From Epithemia pelagica (Eukaryota; Protista; Bacillariophyta), in the NCBI GenBank assembly GCA_946965045.2, contig OX337238.1:2852001-2916000 (forward strand): a stretch of DNA of 64,000 nt. Reading direction: 5' to 3'. The position numbers were made by a program, and so were the translations under genes. Positions 24,411-35,986 of this stretch are shown here, piece by piece (position 1 is the stretch's first letter; every line of letters starts with the position of its first letter). The notes beneath the pieces are model-generated. The model was not told where the DNA came from. It did no database searches and saw only the letters and a list, made by a program, of their open reading frames with translations.

Positions 24411-25046
24411 CCACAGGAGTGCCAATGACGACAAGAATCGATTGCCGAGAATAGAGAGTCTCTTCTTCTTCTCCTTCTCCTCCGACGACGACGACAAGGT
24501 CCGTGGTGGTCTATGTATAAAGATCGTTGGCAAAACGTCCAACACACAGACAGACAGGAATGGGGGAGCTGGTGGAACATTCGACAGGATGCCGCCGTCC
24601 TCGTTGCCGAATTTCGCGGGTCCTTTTTAGGCCACTATATAATACGTGAGGATGATACCCAGTCCCAAAACGCGGCCATGGATCTCTACACTAATCATCC
24701 TCGAAACAAAACAAATCCAAAAGTCACTGTCTCAACGTGGTACTATAGAGTGCAAGCCAATGTGGAACAAGAAGAACAAGTGAAAAAACAGAGGAGACGC
24801 GGCAATCTGCCAGAGACAGATCATTGGTGGAAACGTACGAGAAGCCTTTCATGCTTGATTGTTGTGGTCTTCAAGAGTGGGGAGTGGTGGGTACTTGCTC
24901 TGGGGTATTTGCGCCAGTAGCATCGTTGCATCTAGTCTTGTTCTTGTCGCTTCCCCAGATTGGGTGGATGATTTTCCTATCGTGGGTGCCAATTTCAAGT
25001 GATCTCGATAGAAGGGTCGGAGGGCTTCTATAGCATTTGTTGCATC

Positions 25047-25136
25047 TTCGCGTTTGCCAGTTTGGGACAACCATGTGTGATCGATGATTGGTTCGCGTTT
25101 GCCAGTTTGGGACAACCATGTGTGATCGATGATTGG
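25047..25136 (+). repeat. 45-bp perfect tandem duplication
   Basis: ttcgcgtttgccagtttgggacaaccatgtgtgatcgatgattgg occurs twice in a row; single in paralogs. Confidence 0.9.
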
Positions 25137-25582
25137 ATTGGAACCTATGGATTTGGTCCGCTTCGTTGCGCATGGAGGAGGAAAGAGCGTTTGGCTGCGA
25201 TGCAGATGTATTGTGCAAAACAGCCAGAAAAAGGCAAAGGGGTTCCAGTAAGGCCACGCGTTCTTCGAAATTGGATTGTCAGCGCGTTGATGGAATTTCT
25301 AGATTTGTGCCGAAGAAGTTGTTTCCGTGGATGGTTTTGGACCCGTAAATCTGTCCAAGGTCACCCATCCGAGGATGCAATGATTGAAATCGCCACCGTG
25401 GAGGTGCGTCCTTCGTTGCTGCCGTATTTCGTTCCGGTTTTGGTGTGAAAGGTCCAGACTATTCGGTCCATCTGGTTCGAAGTCCATTGTGTAGTTTTTG
25501 AGCAGAAAGAGGAAACTCTTAGGCCCATTCCTTGAACAAAGGCGATCCATACCTTGCTGCTGTCATAAAATCTGAAAGCACC

Positions 25583-26791
25583 ATGACGACGACGCTGATG
25601 CATCAGCAAGCAAAACAATCTGGTCTTTGCTTTCTAAACATAAATAGTGAGGCGTCACATTGGAATGTCAATGACTGGCCTCGTCTTTTAGGTGGGTGGC
25701 GTGCGTATCATGCTTCAGTCATGCTCGACCATCCCCAACAAGATGACGAAACCCAGACGGTTGTAGTCCTTGGAGGACGCAAGCCAAATCACGGCTACAC
25801 CAATTCAGTGTTGTTCATGAGTTTGGGAGATGAAAACAAGCAATGGCGGGAAGGACCGCCGTTCATCAGCAACCGAGCCTATCATGCTGCGGTGGTTTGT
25901 AACGGAGGAGTTTACGTGATAGGAGGACACAATGGAAGATCATGTTTGGAAAGTATCGAACGGATTGATGTTACAAATTTGTGTTCCGAATCCATGGAAA
26001 GTTCTACCAGCAACCAATGGACGACCCTGACTTGTCGATTGTCTACGGCAAGAGATGAATGTTCGGCTGTTGTCGTGCACAATCGCTATATTGTCGTGAT
26101 CGGTGAATCCAATAGTGACTCTTTGTCGACGGTTGATATAATCGATTCAGGTATCGCATGCAACCACACTGTGATTGTGGGACCATCGATGACAGTTCCT
26201 CGGGCTGGTTGTGCTAGCGCTGTCATTGGTAATCGTATTTTGGTTGTTGGAGGCTACAATAGGCACAATGCAGAAGTGCTCCAATCAGTAGAGTATTTGG
26301 AGATTCATGATCCTTCAGGCATCGAGACAATGAACACAGCAAGTGCAGTGTTTCCATCCTCATGCCGTTGGACACGTCATGACCAAATCAATCTTTCCAT
26401 GCGACGGTGTGATCATGCAGTTGTAGCTGTTGGATCATGCCTGATTGTAATGGGAGGTTCCTTAGCCGTGGACGCTGTTGAAGTCTTGGACACTCGACGG
26501 AACACTGTGTGGACCTTTCCCCAATTAACAGGGTCCCGTTATTCATGCAGTGCTGTGGTTCACTCGAGGGGAATAGCTGTGATAAGTGGAGATGAAAATC
26601 CTTCATGTGCGACACTTTCTTTGATTGACAAGAATACGTGGTGTTTTCGTCGGCTCATTGAGCATGCGCCACGTACAATCTTTGGGACCAGAACAGACTC
26701 ACTGCGATCTACTCAAGGGTGTAATACAGTATTGATAGAGTTTGATGAACGCCCTAATACGAAGTTATCGAATGGGAAATCTCAGACGTAA
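25583..26791 (+). CDS. Kelch-repeat protein, copy 7 (402 aa)
   Basis: True start taken as ATG 25583 (tctgaaagcaccATG) inside ORF 25532..26791; third GG altered to GE. Confidence 0.9.
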   Translation: MTTTLMHQQAKQSGLCFLNINSEASHWNVNDWPRLLGGWRAYHASVMLDHPQQDDETQTVVVLGGRKPNHGYTNSVLFMSLGDENKQWREGPPFISNRAYHAAVVCNGGVYVIGGHNGRSCLESIERIDVTNLCSESMESSTSNQWTTLTCRLSTARDECSAVVVHNRYIVVIGESNSDSLSTVDIIDSGIACNHTVIVGPSMTVPRAGCASAVIGNRILVVGGYNRHNAEVLQSVEYLEIHDPSGIETMNTASAVFPSSCRWTRHDQINLSMRRCDHAVVAVGSCLIVMGGSLAVDAVEVLDTRRNTVWTFPQLTGSRYSCSAVVHSRGIAVISGDENPSCATLSLIDKNTWCFRRLIEHAPRTIFGTRTDSLRSTQGCNTVLIEFDERPNTKLSNGKSQT

Positions 26792-26823
26792 AAAGTGGTA
26801 ATTGAGAAAAATAAATCTTAGGA

Positions 26824-29093
26824 CTAAAACGCAGTCATGAGAATGATTACTGTGAATCGAAGTGCTTGCTGTTGTTCCTGAGAACTATATGCGTTAACAA
26901 ACATGCTGGGAGAAATGCAGATCACGTTGTGTAACATAAACGAACGACAGCAACTAGAAGTCACCTTAAGCAGGTAATCACTTGTTGTTGTTGGTACGAT
27001 CTTTTGTAGCACAAGGAACGATCCATGTGGGCTGGTCATAGCACAAGCGGAAGAAAAAACAGTCGGTCTGCTCTTGGGTAGAACATCCTCCAAAATGGTC
27101 CACAATTCATACGACACAGGCACTGGCAAACTGTCACATAGAATCCATGCCCCAATTGGTGTTTGATCCAAAGAAGAATCGTGATATGGCAAAAGTCGTA
27201 CCATGCGTAGTCCTTCATATCATTGGGTTCATGTTCTGTACTTTGTACTCGTCCTCACGGTGGATGCAATTATGGGAGAGACAATGTGGTTGGTGTTTTG
27301 ACAGAGTTGATCGACACGGCGTGTCTGTTGCAAAATCTCCTCGTGAAATCACGATTCCAAAGAATGGGGCTCCGAAACGTCGTCCTGGAGAGAATCCTTG
27401 TCGTGTTGTTGTTGGAGTGAAACTGTCGATTCAGCATTGCTCATAATTGGAGTATCTGGAAGCGGAGTTTTCTTCCATAATGACAGTAACGCCTGATTTA
27501 CCAAACTCGCCGCACTTTGGTCCTTCACCGTGGCATCCTTGGAAGCGACGTCTTGTTCCCGATCCACGTCCCAGGAGGTGGAGTGTGCCGTGTCTCCGGC
27601 TTCTGACGACGACAAGACGAGGGACGGGGGAGACTCCAAGACCATGCATGCTTCTTCATCATCAACGACAATGCATTCTTCATCATTGTCTTCTTGTTCT
27701 ATAGTGTTATCCTTTGAGCGGCAAGGGGACGAAACAGACATTGCGGGAGAAATGGGATTCCAGACATTGGTCATCCACAAGAAGGGCCTTCCCACAAGAT
27801 CACTATCATCGTGAGCTGCAGCATCCTTTCCACGACGACGACAAGTATGGTGGTCCCCAAATGGAGGATTCAACTTCGAATCGTCGTTCTTCTTGTAGAT
27901 CTGGGCCGAAGACAACAGCGGTACGGTCGTTTTCATTGCATACCTCGTACCATCATCACCACTACTACAACTATCATTGCTGCTGCTGCTGCCGCAAGTC
28001 CACAGAATGGATTCAGGTGCCGCCAAGACCGATGATGATAAGGACGATAACGACGACAATGAAGAGGAATACGAATCCAATCGTTGATGGTTTCGAGTGA
28101 TGGACGACGACAAGACGGTTGCTACGTTGGAAACAAGCGTTGGTGTCACGTGATTGTCGTTGATGTTGTTTGGAGGGTCTTGCAGTCGAAGTGGTGGTGG
28201 TGATGGTGGTCCAAGAGACGCACTGTCAACTGCACCATCATTACCCCACTCTGGCCTAACGTGACTCAGCTCCGGGTCCAGGTGGTTGTTGTCCTCTCGA
28301 ACCTAGGAGTGCGTTTTTTGCTTGTCCACTCTTATTGCGGGTGACACGATCATCTTTCGTAGTAGTTTGTCTTGATGGTTTGAGAAGAAAGGGGATACCG
28401 GGGCATTGCAATGGGTAGCCGTTTGCACCCTTTTCATCAAGTCCAAGGCTTTGTCTTGTTCTTGTTTCGTCGTTCGACACAAGCGATCGACCTGGACTTG
28501 CTGTTGACGTGCCGTCATGTTTCTTCTTCCTGTGTTGGGTGATGGTGTCGTGAACCAGTGTTTGCTTCGTTTTTCGGTAGGAGTGCTTCTTCTTCTTCTT
28601 CTTCTAGTGGTTGTCCGTTCGGGTGGAGATGGGTCGTGAAATTGAGGAGAATGCTTTGGCGTTTGCTTGCTTCTTTGTTGTTGTTTGTATTGTTCATGAA
28701 AGTCCTCTCTCTCTCCTCGTCGTCCTCCTTCGTCTTGTTACCAATGAGGAATGAGGACGCGTGGTATAGTGTGCGTGTATTGTCTTGGAAGTTGGGGAAG
28801 GAGAACCCTTTGCCTGTTACAGTCCGTACAACAGTCGTACACTCCTTCATATGTGATAGCCCCAGACTCCAAGGACTTCACCCAGTCTTGAAGGCTGTTG
28901 TACTGGATCGCTCGGTGTGATTTTTGGTCGGACAAGATGGTGGTGGTGGTCCTTTTTCGGAAGGATACGTTGCTTCTCTACTCGATCGAACCGTTCTCAC
29001 ATCGTCCGTGTCGTCGTAGGTGTCTGCTTCCTTTTCGGAAAGGTTGCTGACCTTGTCGAAAGGGTTATAAATTATTTGTGTTTGAATCGACAT
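26824..29093 (-). pseudogene. Family X remnant (longest extent)
   Basis: Fragments 28878..29093, 28515..28850, 27349..28149, 27036..27218 and 26824..27204 are colinear with other X copies, with several frameshifts. Confidence 0.55.
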
Positions 29094-29640
29094 TCTGAGA
29101 GCGACAATGAAATGAGGGGATGACTTTGGGCGCCTCCCTTTCTATTTTGGTCTTACTGGTCATGCTCTTGTGCTGATTCGAGCGATTCTTCCAGAGTCCC
29201 AACCACACATGGACCACAACATCTACCCACAGACGGACAGTCCAAACGTTTGCCTTTTCTTGGATTCGATCCAGCCGCTGTTAAGTGCTCTTCTCTTTGC
29301 TTTGTTTTGTCTTTTTTGTTGTTGTTTGGGGATATCGTTAATTGTTACTACGACTTTCTTGTTCTTTCCGGAACCAATGTCATGATGGTCTCTCTTTTGT
29401 CATCCTCGTCTCTCGTCGTTTCGCCGAGAGTCCTTTTACAGTTCGCGTCACAGTCACACCCTACAGTGAGTTCTCTACTACTTATCTGATTGGAAGGCAT
29501 CCGAGTCCCGAGTCCGAAGTACTTTCGCGACTATACTCGAACCTCCGATTCCGATCCCGTCTCAGACGCCCGCGACTCCACATAAAAAAGGAGTCCCCGT
29601 CTGTCCGAGTCACGGATGTCACGGGCCAACAGCAAAAAGA

Positions 29641-30345
29641 CGGAACACCCCTTCAAGAACCGTCCGACAACACTGCCATCGCAAAACTTGCATCAACAAG
29701 GACGCACAACGAAGCGGCAAGGGCCAAATATTGTAGAGACCCAGACACCGCCACCCATCTCCTCCACAACGGAATTTACTTGATCCCTTTCACGGTTGAC
29801 CACTTGGGGTCAATGGGACACTTTGCCACCCGCCTACTCTTCAATCAAGATCACCCACTGCCCTTCTCCACCGCCAAACCTCCGGACTGGAATGATCCAC
29901 ACTTCGGAAAATCAACAACTCGAAGCAACCAACACCCAGCAGCATTTGCTCTGTACCAAAACGTCGAACACTCGCCAGAGAACATTCTTGCCAAAGCAAA
30001 CAAACATGTCAAACTCCACTATCCAGAAGCAAACATCTTCACCATGGCCCACTACGCAAAAGCATCCCTGGCTCATACCATTGTATCGTCCCTAGCAATA
30101 CACGCCAACAACCAAATTGCAGCAAACAGAGCACACACAACAGTTCAAAGATCGCGCACAACCCAGCTGGCAAACTTAGCCAGAACAAACTTCGCCCCGG
30201 TGACACCACTTTACTCCCCACGGCCTGTTGCAGATTTTCTCTCACCGGGACCGGACGCCCCACTCCTCTGCTCGCTTACCGCTTAGGAGTTCCCCAATAC
30301 ATAGACCGGTAAAATAAAAACAAAAAAAAAGAGTAAAAAAAAAAG
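29641..30345 (+). mobile_element. Second copy of the 705-bp LINE 3' fragment
   Basis: Same sequence and junctions as 17674..18378; copied with the surrounding block. Confidence 0.7.
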
Positions 30346-31620
30346 TCCAATCACCATGACGACCTACCGACAAAACGACGGCCCACACACATTCGCACAC
30401 GTTTCCAGTGTGTTTGTTGTGTCAAGAATGATGATGATGATCGAGTGATGGCGGCAATCCTCCAGACACACTCACTCACTCCGATGAACAGCACTCTCCA
30501 ACCGGCATGACGGATGATTTGCGCAGAGAATGTTTCTTTTTGGGGAGGATGACGACGACAAAGTCCGTTGTGGTCTATGTATAAAGATCGTTGGCAAAAA
30601 CACACAGACAGACAGGAATGGGGGAGCTGGTGGAGCATTCGACAGGATGCCGCCGTCCTCGTTGCCGAATTTCGCGGGTCCTTTTTGGGCCACTATATAA
30701 TACATGAGGATGATACCCAGCCCGAAACGCCGCCATGGAGCTCTACACCAGTCATCCTCGAACCAAACCAAAATAAAACAAAACCATGGAGCCGCATTCA
30801 CAACCACCACAACCACAAGGACGAGGACTACACAATGCTGCGACAAACTGGAGCAAGAGACTAGCATTCTACCATAACCATTGGCACTGTTTCGCAACGA
30901 CTTGTTGAGTTGCGACACTGCTCGTGCCACACAGTGAGGAGAGAACGAGCGATGATGAGGCTAATGATTGAACCATGAGCTCACAAAGAGAGAGCCAAAG
31001 TCGCTGTCTCAACGTGGAAGCTCCTAGCATTTGTTGCATCTTCGCGTTTGCCAGTGTGGGACAACCGTGTGTGATCGATGATTGGATTGGAACCTATGGA
31101 TTTGGCCCATTTCGTTGCGCATGGAGGAGGATAGAGCGTTTGGCTGTGATGCTGATGTATTGTACAAACAGCCAGAAGGAATTTGAAAAGTGCCTCAAGA
31201 CTGTAACGGACAAGTACTGCTAACTTACCAATATACAGTGGCAAAGGGGTTTCAGTGAGGCCACGCGTTCTTCTAAATGGTCAGTGTATTCGTGGAATCT
31301 CTGGATTTGTGCCGAAGCAGTTATTTTCGTGGATGGTTTTGGACCCGTTCATCTGTCCAAAGTCATCCGATCAATAAGAGAAGGATGGTTTTGGACGTGT
31401 TCATCTGTCCAAGGCCATCCATCCGAGGATCTAAGACCATGATTCAAATCGCCGCGTAGAGGTGCGTCCGTCGTTGCTGCCGTCTTTGGTTCCTGCTTTG
31501 GTGTGAAAGGTCCAAAATATTCAGTCCATTTTGTTCGGAGTCCATTTTCGTATTTTTTTGAGGAGAAAGACGAAACTCTGAGGTCCATTCCTTGGTGTTG
31601 TCATAAAATCTGCAAGTACC

Positions 31621-32832
31621 ATGACGACTACACAGCAACAGCATGCAAACCAATCTGGGCTTGCCTTTCTCAACATTAATAATAACAGTAACGAGCCACA
31701 TTGGAATACCAGTGACTGGCCAACCCTTTTGGGTGGGTGGCGTCGGTGGCATGTATCGGCTGTGCTCGACCATCCCGACCAGGATAACACTGCACAGACG
31801 GTTGTAGTTTTGGGAGGAGACAAACAAGGTCAAGGCTTTACCAACTCAGTTCTGCTGATGAATCTGGCAGAAAAAACTAAGCAATGGCGCGAAGGACCGC
31901 CACTAAACCGCAACCGAGCCTATCATGCTGCGGTGATTTGTAACGGAGGAGTTTACGTTATCGGAGGACACAATGGAAGTTCACGCTTGGATAGTATCGA
32001 ACGGATTGCTGTCGAAAATTTGTGTTCCGAATCCATGGAAAGTTCTACCAGCAACCAATGGACGACCCTGACTTGTCGATTGTCGACCGCAACAGATGAA
32101 TGTTCGGCTGTTGCCGTGCACAATCGCTATATCGTTGTGATTGGTGGATCCAACGGAGACCCTTTGTCGACGGTTGATATAATCGATACAGGTATCGCAT
32201 GCAACCACACTGTGATTGTGGGACCATCCATGTCACTGCCTCGGTCTGGTTGTGCTAGCGCTGTCATTGGTAATCGTATTTTGGTTGTTGGAGGCTACAA
32301 TAGGCATAATGCAGAAGTGCTCCATTCAGTGGAGTACTTGGAGATTCAAGATCATTCAGGGATCGAGACAATGAACACAGCAAGTGCAGTGTTTCCATCC
32401 TCATGCCGTTGGACACGTCATGACCAAATCAATCTTTCCATCAAACGGTGGTTTCATGGAGTTGTAGCTGTTGGATCATGCCTGATTGTTATGGGAGGCT
32501 ACTTTGGCGTGGACACTGTTGAAGTCTTGGATACTCGCCGAAACACACTTTCGACCTTACCCCAATTAACAGGGTCACGTTATTCATGCAGTGCTGTGGT
32601 TCACTCGAGGGGAATTGCTGTGATTAGTGGATATGAGGATACTTCTTGTGCGACACTCTCCTTGGATGACAAAAATACGTGGTGTTTTCGTCGACTCATT
32701 GAGCAGGTGCCGAGTACAATCTTTGGGTCAAGAACAGACTCACTGCGATCTTCTCCAGGGCCTACTACATCATGGAAGGAGTCCGGTGAGCGCCGTAAGA
32801 AGAAGTTATCAACTGGGAAAACTAAGACGTAA
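31621..32832 (+). CDS. Kelch-repeat protein, copy 8 (type A, 403 aa)
   Basis: Intact ORF; termini match copies 1 and 5. Confidence 0.93.
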   Translation: MTTTQQQHANQSGLAFLNINNNSNEPHWNTSDWPTLLGGWRRWHVSAVLDHPDQDNTAQTVVVLGGDKQGQGFTNSVLLMNLAEKTKQWREGPPLNRNRAYHAAVICNGGVYVIGGHNGSSRLDSIERIAVENLCSESMESSTSNQWTTLTCRLSTATDECSAVAVHNRYIVVIGGSNGDPLSTVDIIDTGIACNHTVIVGPSMSLPRSGCASAVIGNRILVVGGYNRHNAEVLHSVEYLEIQDHSGIETMNTASAVFPSSCRWTRHDQINLSIKRWFHGVVAVGSCLIVMGGYFGVDTVEVLDTRRNTLSTLPQLTGSRYSCSAVVHSRGIAVISGYEDTSCATLSLDDKNTWCFRRLIEQVPSTIFGSRTDSLRSSPGPTTSWKESGERRKKKLSTGKTKT

Positions 32833-33954
32833 AAAGTGTGAATTGAGAAATATAAATACTATGATTTAAACTCAGTCATTTACCAACATTCTGGGAGAAA
32901 TGCACTCCACGTTGTGTTACACAAACGTGCGAAAGCAAACATAGTTCTAGAGAGCTCACTTCGAGCAATCACTTCGTGATGTTGCTACGATCCTGTGTCA
33001 CAAGGAACGATCTGCTTTGTTGGACCCACTGCATTGAAGTGCATTGCAGAAGTCCCCGGAAAAGATTTTGTGCGTCCGGTCGGTTCTTCTCTAGATCTGA
33101 TGCGTGTCCGCAGGTTTTGTGGAGGCCACTTTTCGACGCCCCACTTCGCCCGGCGTTGCGCCCGGGACGCGCCGGCGGATTCGCGCCATAATTTTTTAAA
33201 ATCCACGTTTTGTCATTGACAATGGGAAATGGGAGTGACAAAATGCCGTTCCGCTGTGGATTTGGCCATTGCAGCAATCTGTTTTGGATATCGTGTACGG
33301 GACGAGAAACTTGTTATGCAAGCCAGCAACAAGACGATCTGGAAGTGCTCTTAAATGGCCTCAAAGACTGAAAGGACAAATCAACTAACCAAGGTAGTAA
33401 TAGGGAGACCACAATGGCGACAAGCCATGGGCAAGAAAACTCCAGCAGCAAAACAAGGTCGTAACCACATAAAGGCCCAATTGAACATTCTCCTACGCCA
33501 GCACGACACCCTCTCCCGAATGATCAGGCTGCAGCAGTATAAACTGTTATCGGTCCATCTCCATCTCCTCTCACTTTCATCAGTTGGCATCTGATGATGA
33601 ATCCTGATCCATATCCTTTTCGTCTCTTGTTGGCAGAATCATCACCATCACAATGAACGAGACGGCCCACACATTTCGCACACGTACGTTTCCAGAGTGT
33701 TTGTGTCAAGGATGATGCTAATGACAATCCAGAATCCAGACACTTTCAAGGACCCACGACCAGGAGGACACTGCTACTGTCAAGCAAATGAGCCACAACC
33801 AGCCAGCATCACACATACCGCGGTTCCGGAACGAGGCGTGCTGCTGGAATAAGGGCGAGACCTCTCTTGTGTCATAGGAGTGCGGGTGAGAACAATCGAT
33901 TGTTAGAATAGGTTGGATAGATGCACTGCCAAGATTGTATTCACTTCTCCTACC

Positions 33955-34146
33955 AATGCTCCTTGTGCGACACTCTCCTTGGTTGACAAGAATACATGGT
34001 GTTTTTGCCAAGTATAATCGTTGGGTCAAGAACAGACTCACTGCGATCTACTCCAGGGCGTACTGCAACATGGAAGGAGTCTCATGAGCGCCCTAAGAAG
34101 AAGTCATCATCTGGCATAACTGAGACGAGGAAAATGTCAATTGAGC
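33955..34146 (+). pseudogene. Kelch 3'-end remnant (second copy)
   Basis: Near-identical duplicate of 4441..4632. Confidence 0.8.
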
Positions 34147-34775
34147 AGTATAAATAGTAGGAGTGAAACGCAGTCATGACAATGAGGGTTTGAACTGCTT
34201 TTGCTGTCAAGTGCATTTACAAACATGCTGGGAGAAATGTATTTTCCATAATGACTGGAACGTTCCATTTGCCAAACTCACGACAATGCGGCTACAAAGG
34301 AACACGAAACCAGCAGCACAATTGACCAACAGCCCAACGAGCATACCGCTTTTGGGAGAAGGAAAAGGCGTTTGGCTGCGATGCTGGTGTATTGTGCAAA
34401 ACAGCCAGAAGGAATCTGAAGCTTGGCCTGACTGGAACCCTTTTGCCACCGTATCGTTGGAAGTGTTCGTCCGTTGCAGTCTTGAGGCCCTTTCCCCTCG
34501 AAATGGGATTGTCGGCGATCTTTGGTTTTGTGCGGGGGTGGCTTTTTCTTTCGTGGATGGTTTTGGACCCGTTCATCTGTCCAAGGCCATCCATCCGAGA
34601 ATGCAATGATTGAAATCGCCACCGTGGAGGTGCGTCCGTCGTTGCTGCTGTCTTTCGTTCCGGTTTTGGTGTATTAAAAAAAATATTCAGTCCATCTCGT
34701 TCGGAGTCCATTTTCGTATTGTTTTGAAGAGAAAGACGAAGGTCTGAGGTCAATTCCTGCGAGTTTGCAAGTACT

Positions 34776-35986
34776 ATGACGATGGAACTGCAACAGCAAG
34801 CAAAGCAATCTGGGCTTGCCTTTTTGGACAGTGACAATGACAGTCTTACGCCTCATTGGAATACCAATGACTGGCCTGCCCTTTTAGGTGGGTGGCGTGA
34901 GTATCATGCTTCAGTCGTGCTCGACCATCCCGAACCGGATGACAGGGCACAGACGGTTGTTGTTTTGGGAGGGAAGAAAAAAATCAAGGGTTGACCAACT
35001 CAGTTCAGCTGATGAATTTGGCAGAAGAAAATAAGCAATGGCGGGAAGGACCGCCGTTGAACAGCAACCAAGCCTATCATGCTGCGGTGGTTTGTAGTGG
35101 AGGAGTTTACGTGATAGGAGGAGACAGTGGAAGTTCACGCTTGGATAGTATCGAACGGATTGATGTTCAAAAGTTGTATTCCGAATCCATGGAAAGTTCT
35201 ACCAGCAACCAATGGACGACCCTGACTTGTCGATTGTTGACGGCAAGAGATGAATGTTCGGCTGTTGTCGTGCACAATCGCTATATTGTCGTGATCGGTG
35301 GATCCAACGGAAACTTTTTGTCGTCGGTTGATATAATCGATACAGCTGCCCCAAGCAACCACACTGTGATTGTGGGACCATCCATGACAGTTCCTCGTTG
35401 TGGTTGTGCAAGTGCTGTCATTGGTGATCGCATTTTTGTTGTTGGAGGCTGCAATGGGCACTCTGGAGAAGATCTCAAATCAGTGGAGTACTTGGAGATT
35501 TATGAACCTCCAGGCAATGAGACAATGACCACAGCAGGTGCAGTGTTTCCATCCTCCTGCCGTTGGACACGTCATGACAAGCTTGAGCTTTGCATGTCAC
35601 GCTGTCAGCATGCAGTTGTAGCTGTAGGATCATGTCTGATTGTTATGGGAGGCTACTTTGGCGTGGACACTGCAGAAGTCTTGGATACTCGCCGAAACGC
35701 TGTGTGGACCTTTCCCCAATTATCAGGGCCGCGTTATATCTCCGATGCAGTGGTTCACTCGAGGGGAATTGCTGTGATTAGTGGAGATGACAATGCTTCT
35801 TGTGCGACACTATCGTTGTTTGACAAGAATTCGTGGTATTTTGGTCGACTCAGTGAGCAGCCGCCGAGTACAATCTTTGGGACCAGAACAGACTCACTGC
35901 GATCTGCTCTGGAAGCTACTACAGTATTGAAGGAGTCTGGTGAGCGCCCTAAGAAGATGTTATCAACTGGCAAAACTGAAACGTAG
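34776..35986 (+). pseudogene. Kelch copy 9 (type B) with a 1-bp frameshift in an A-run
   Basis: Split into ORFs 34776..34994 and 34991..35986. The A-run after aag has 7 A (34977-34983) against 8 A in copy 2 (5466-5473). May be a sequencing error. Confidence 0.85.

Noticed and set aside
29342-30286. 314-aa ORF as a real gene
   Set aside because: It reads from spacer DNA across the insertion junction into the LINE fragment, and the near-identical copy at 17.4-18.3 kb is broken by a 1-bp indel.
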